Shown one piece after another: positions 44,748 through 49,220 of a stretch of DNA of 49,220 nucleotides. The stretch is from Chromera velia (lineage: Eukaryota): the NCBI GenBank assembly GCA_018398765.1, contig JAHBMJ010000381.1, forward strand, positions 1-49,220. Reading direction: 5' to 3'. The translations under genes were made by a program, and so were the position numbers. The notes under the pieces are model-generated. The model was not told the DNA's origin. It saw only the letters and a list, made by a program, of their open reading frames with translations, and did not search any database. Position 1 is the stretch's first letter. Every line of letters starts with the position of its first letter.

Positions 44748-47354
44748 CTACATCATCGGTTCTCCGTGGAGCATTTGGGTAATCAGATAACTTCCAAAGT
44801 CAGCAGAAGTCGTGTTATCGTCATCTGGAACTGGCATCCTATCCTCCTCCCCAAAGCACTTGTTTTTTGTGCACAAATCCCAGGGGGAAGGCTCGTTAGA
44901 AAGAGAACCTGACCCCGATATGCGGGAGTGTCTTTCTGTCTGTTTGGCTGCCTGGTCACTACTCAATAGAAGAGGGGAAGAGGAAGAGGATGATGACAGA
45001 AAGGAAAAGGATTCACTGACGTGGATGTAAGAGAAACACATGTACGAACAGACGTGGGCTGCATCGACGTATCGACCATCTTTCTTGATGATCAGGCCAT
45101 GATTCAAAAGCCTCCAGTTATTTAGCCAATTATCCGCAAACCTCAACACACCCACAGCGTCGGCATACTTAGCCCATGTCACGTTTCCTGTCGCTTTCTT
45201 CTTTTCTTTCTGTCGCGACTTCACAAGGGATAGGCCAGAGTGAGTGGACCTTGGGACAACAAGATCGGTGTGGGGCGTTTTGGTTTTGGATGGTTGGTGG
45301 AGGTCGGAGGAAACAGGGGAGGAAAGAAGAGACGTCTTCAAGCTTTTGGTACTAGTTTCGGTATCACTTCTACGGGCCATTTGATAGGCTGGGGAGAGGC
45401 GCTCTGTCTGATTTCCCCCCATGTTGAATAGTCAAAAGTTCCCAGAGGTCCACACAAAATTGAATCTCTACAGACCATCGAAGGGATTGGGTCAACAACA
45501 AACTGCACAACCCGAAGGTTGGTTGTCTCGCTCGCTGCCTTCTGCCATTCCTCATCCCCTACTCTTCCTGCAGCAAACACCGTCCCAAACACCTTGGTGG
45601 GATATCCCATGATCGCCACATGTTTCTGCAGACCGACAGTAATTAGAGTCCCCACAAAGCCCCCCAGTGAGTGACCCGTAACGATCACCCTCTCTGTTTC
45701 TTGGTTGATCATTCGCTTCAACACCTCAAGGGCCTGTCCCCCTATGGAACCAAAACCTCAAGAGACCTTACCGGGCATACCGAGAGGGACCTCGATCTGC
45801 TCCCAGTCCAGATCGCTCACCTGCATGAATTTGCATCCATCCATCCATATGGAGATTTGCATCTTTGTATCAGTAAGGATTTATGGAGATTTCCTTCATC
45901 GTCGTGCCTCATTTCCCTAGCACCGACGTGCGTAGCCCTCCTCTGCATGTATGGATACTTGCATGTGTAATCACCATCGGAATACATATCATCTTTCAGC
46001 ATCCATCCAACCCCCCCCCTGGAAAGACACTCACCGCATCTGCAAACGTTGCTGTGCCTCTAACCGCCACCAGAAGACTACGGCCTCGAGAAGAAATAGA
46101 AATCCAGGGCAGCCCCTCTTCATTCGCCCCCATGTACTGGGGTGTGAAGATGCTTTTAGGCTTCCACCCAGGTAGAACCTCCCTGTCCAGGAAGCTCTTC
46201 TTTCTGCCCTCTGCACATTTGAAGTTTTTGGACATTTGATACATTCTCCAACTGGCCATCCAGAGTAGGGTGGCTGTTTTCTCCTCTGCATCGCTTAGAA
46301 ACCCCTTGATCTGTGCAGACAGTGGCAACTCAGGAGTCTCAAATAGGAGCTCCAGCTCGGGTGCGTCTGACAGGAGAGGCACCTCTGGCGGCTCGAGGCC
46401 TACACCCGCTTTCCTGGCTTTGCAGTAGTTGATGTTCTTCGTGCACAGGAACTTTTTCATCGCCCACTGGAGATAGGGGCACACGTCGACGTCAACTTTA
46501 TTCGTGGCTGTGTGTACAATCTGGAAGCAGCTGTAAAGAAGGTCGGTGATCTCCCCTGCATGCACAGAGAGAAAGGCAGGCAAGAACATCGATCTATTCT
46601 ATGAGTTGCTCTACATAGAGAAATAAGGACCTTTTCACACGAGCAGCAACAGGAAGTAAGTGGTGGGGCAGCGTGCAATCTCTCTCCCCCTCTCCTTCTC
46701 TCTCTCTGGTGTGTATCTGTATGTGTATACGTGTGTGTATATGTGTGTGGGGAGCGGTGGGTGGGTGGGGGGGGGGGGATAGGGTGTGTGTGAGTGTGTG
46801 TCTGCGCGAGTGTGCTTGTGTGTGCGTGTGCGTGCTTTCGTTCGTGTGTTACATTGACAACCGTTGATTTCGCTTCGAGGAATGGGCCACGGCATCCTGA
46901 TCGGCAGTCAGCAAACGCACAAATGGGAGAAGGAGTTGAGGTGGCAGATTAAAAAACACAGACTTGGTTGAATATTATGTCATGAAAGTGTATATAGGTG
47001 TTTTGCATCCAACTGACTTTTCTTCCAGATAAAACCCCACAATCCGTGGAACACACACTTTTTCAGCTCTTTTGCCCAGCTCTCTGTCTCCACCATGGAT
47101 GTGTTGGTCGTGGCTTCATCGGGAGGGGGTTCCTCAGTGTTGCACGGAATGCCCAGAGTTTGGGCGTTGGCAGGGTACAGGAAGGAGACGGGACGGACGC
47201 TCAGAATAGTTGAGACAGAATCGGAGAAAGCCTCCCCAATCTCCTCGCGGGAAACCTTGCGAAAGAGAAGCGAGCCGCTGCTCAGTGACACTAGCGCAAA
47301 AAAGACAAAAGCTGCAATCAGCTTGGCTCGGTTCATCACGGATCCGAATGACAT
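44748..47354 (-). pseudogene. Secreted class-3 lipase, disrupted (premature TGA and probable frameshift)
   Basis: Signal peptide exon (47354 to ~47057); exon 46555-46035 with LLVAVRGT; exon from 45820 with GKVS*GF (TGA at 45760-45758), VIVTGHSLGG, FAAGRVGD and VDPIP. The candidate His motif AHVCSY lies in another frame after a G6 run (45420-45415). 3' end uncertain. Confidence 0.7.
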
Positions 47355-48394
47355 TGTATGTATATCTTTCAATTTTTTTCTAGGGTCTCGATCTTAAGCC
47401 AAAGAGATGCCGATTCACGGGCAGGAACAGAGAGGCAACCGTCTGTAGGTAAGTAAGTATTTCACGGGATGTAAAGAATAAAAGACTCGCCAGCAGTGGA
47501 CGTATGCGCTGGCCAAGAAGTTATTGTCTACTTGAAGTAATTGGTCCTACGTTGCAAGCACTTTGCAAGCACAATTTCGATCTAGTGGGAGTCTTGCGGT
47601 TCATGGGTGGGTAGAAAGATGCGCATGGACCAAGGGATCAGATTAAACACTCTGACTTCATCTGACTTCTCGCATTCGGACTGCATTGAGACGCGATGAA
47701 ATCCCATTCAGATCAACGTTCCCATACGTTCCCCCATATCCTATATAGATTTGAATTCAGAACTGACTCCACCACCACAAAATATTAATAATTTTCTGAC
47801 AAAAAAAAAAAAACATTCCCCTATGTCCCCCCCCCATCTCCCATCATCTCCCGGCGTCGATCACTGGCCGTCTCCTTTATTAATATACATGCAGCTTTCG
47901 TTATCTTAATCTGATGCAAGCAAGCTTGTGAACGGCCCCGAAAAGCAAAAAAAATGATAATTGCTTGACGCACGCTATTCGTACGCACTAGATGCATGCT
48001 ATATGGCTGCATGGTTGAAGCTGCGGAAAGATACGCTCGCGGTCACGAGAATTATTTGGTCTATAGTTGTTTCATAATTTAGTGCCCCCTGTTTTGTTTT
48101 CCAGAGTCATGGTGGTTTCACCCTAGGCATACCATGAACATTCTGATTTACTCAGATTTGAATTAATGATATATAATGGCAGAAGCTGCCCAGACATTTT
48201 GACGCTTAACAAAAGCCACCGACAACTTGTTTTTTATATGAGCATAAACTTTAGTGAAGCTTACATAGGCTTTTTGTAAACTCGTATATTTAAGAATACT
48301 TCTGTATGGGTTTTTTACAATGCTATGCTATGCATCTTTAAAAATATTTAAACATCTAATAAGAGAATTGATTTTTTTAAAATATCATTTTAAT

Positions 48395-49220
48395 ATGATG
48401 ATAATGATGATTGAGGGTTAAATCCTAGATTTAGCGACGCCAAATCCCAAGCCACTAGCAAGGCTTTGAGGACAACCCAGAGCACACATTCATGGGGGGG
48501 GGGGATGAGGAAGCCTGCATGCCAATCGGATCGATTCGCCTCAACTTGCCTTATCGACAGAATGGACCTTCTTGAGACAGTCGGCTATAGCTTTGGAACC
48601 GCTTCTAGGCAGAATTGTGCACAACAGCAACACCATATCCTTCATTTTTTTCTCATTATCAGAAGTGCCCCTCCTGGTTGCACCTGCAACGCGTTGTGCG
48701 ATTTGTATTCTTATGTCAATGGGTGCTTTCTGCTTCGCAATTTCGTACAGTTTTTTCAGCCTATTGCGTTCCCTTTCTGTGTCCTTACATTCCATCAGAA
48801 CATGAACCTTATCTTTGATCACACGCGAGGGGGACAAACATTTATCGCACAGCCGTTCCGGTTGGGTTCTATCTATATCCCCCCCTATGAGAGCCCTAAA
48901 AAGCGTACGAAAGCCTGCGGAGGACTGCAACAGACTCTTTGGCAGAGGTTCAACACTGCACTCTATCATTTCACTTCTCGGACGCCATTTCCTTTCACTC
49001 AGAAGGTGCATGGCCAAACGCTGTCTGGACGGATTCTCTGATTGGAAAGGGGAGAGATTCGCAAGGTGGGGAAAAATTCCATCTCTATCTCTAACGTTTC
49101 TAGTTTCTTCTTTCAACCAGTCGGACAGCCAGGCACCCTCTACGATCTTTTTTGCCGCCCTTTTCCTTCTGCCCTTGCCCTTCCCTTTAAACTTGTCCCC
49201 CACCGTGCTTGGCAATGGAG
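48395..49220 (-). mobile_element. LINE 3' end (ORF2 C-terminus with CCHC knuckle, 3' UTR, (ATC)n tail), running off the window
   Basis: ORF 48541-49215 contains RLCDKC...DKVHVLMEC. A short 3' UTR ends in an ATC-repeat tail shared with 6445-6510. Confidence 0.8.

Noticed and set aside
1..49220. tRNA, rRNA or other structured ncRNA genes
   Set aside because: None recognised by eye; a tRNAscan-SE/Infernal run would be needed to exclude them.

Overview
Eukaryotic, intron-rich DNA with GT-AG introns full of (GT)n/(GA)n/(GAGT)n microsatellites. Gene content and promoter motifs suggest an alveolate, probably chromerid-like; this taxon call is inference. The left half (1-25.4 kb) holds five spliced genes reconstructed by hand: an LCIB/theta-type carbonic anhydrase, an ER EF-hand (CREC/ERC-like) protein ending HDEL, a secreted type-B carboxylesterase, CCDC47, and a secreted stand-alone enzyme resembling the cyclization domain of bacterial cyclic beta-1,2-glucan synthase (GH189/DUF3131-like). 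The right half is a transposon nest. A ~6.7 kb tandem segmental duplication carries a hAT-type MITE and an APE-RT LINE; one copy has a second hAT element nested in the MITE. A disrupted class-3 lipase and two further LINE 3' ends follow. Four observations stand out. (1) The LINE encodes an N-terminal chromodomain fused in frame to the endonuclease, sits behind a canonical sense-strand intron, and is flanked by a 174-bp direct repeat. (2) Duplicated sequences have diverged almost only by C>T/G>A transitions, mostly outside CpG (CpA>CpT), a RIP-like signature in what appears to be a non-fungal genome. (3) The bacterial-type beta-1,2-glucan enzyme has acquired introns and a signal peptide. (4) The nested insertions can be ordered in time.
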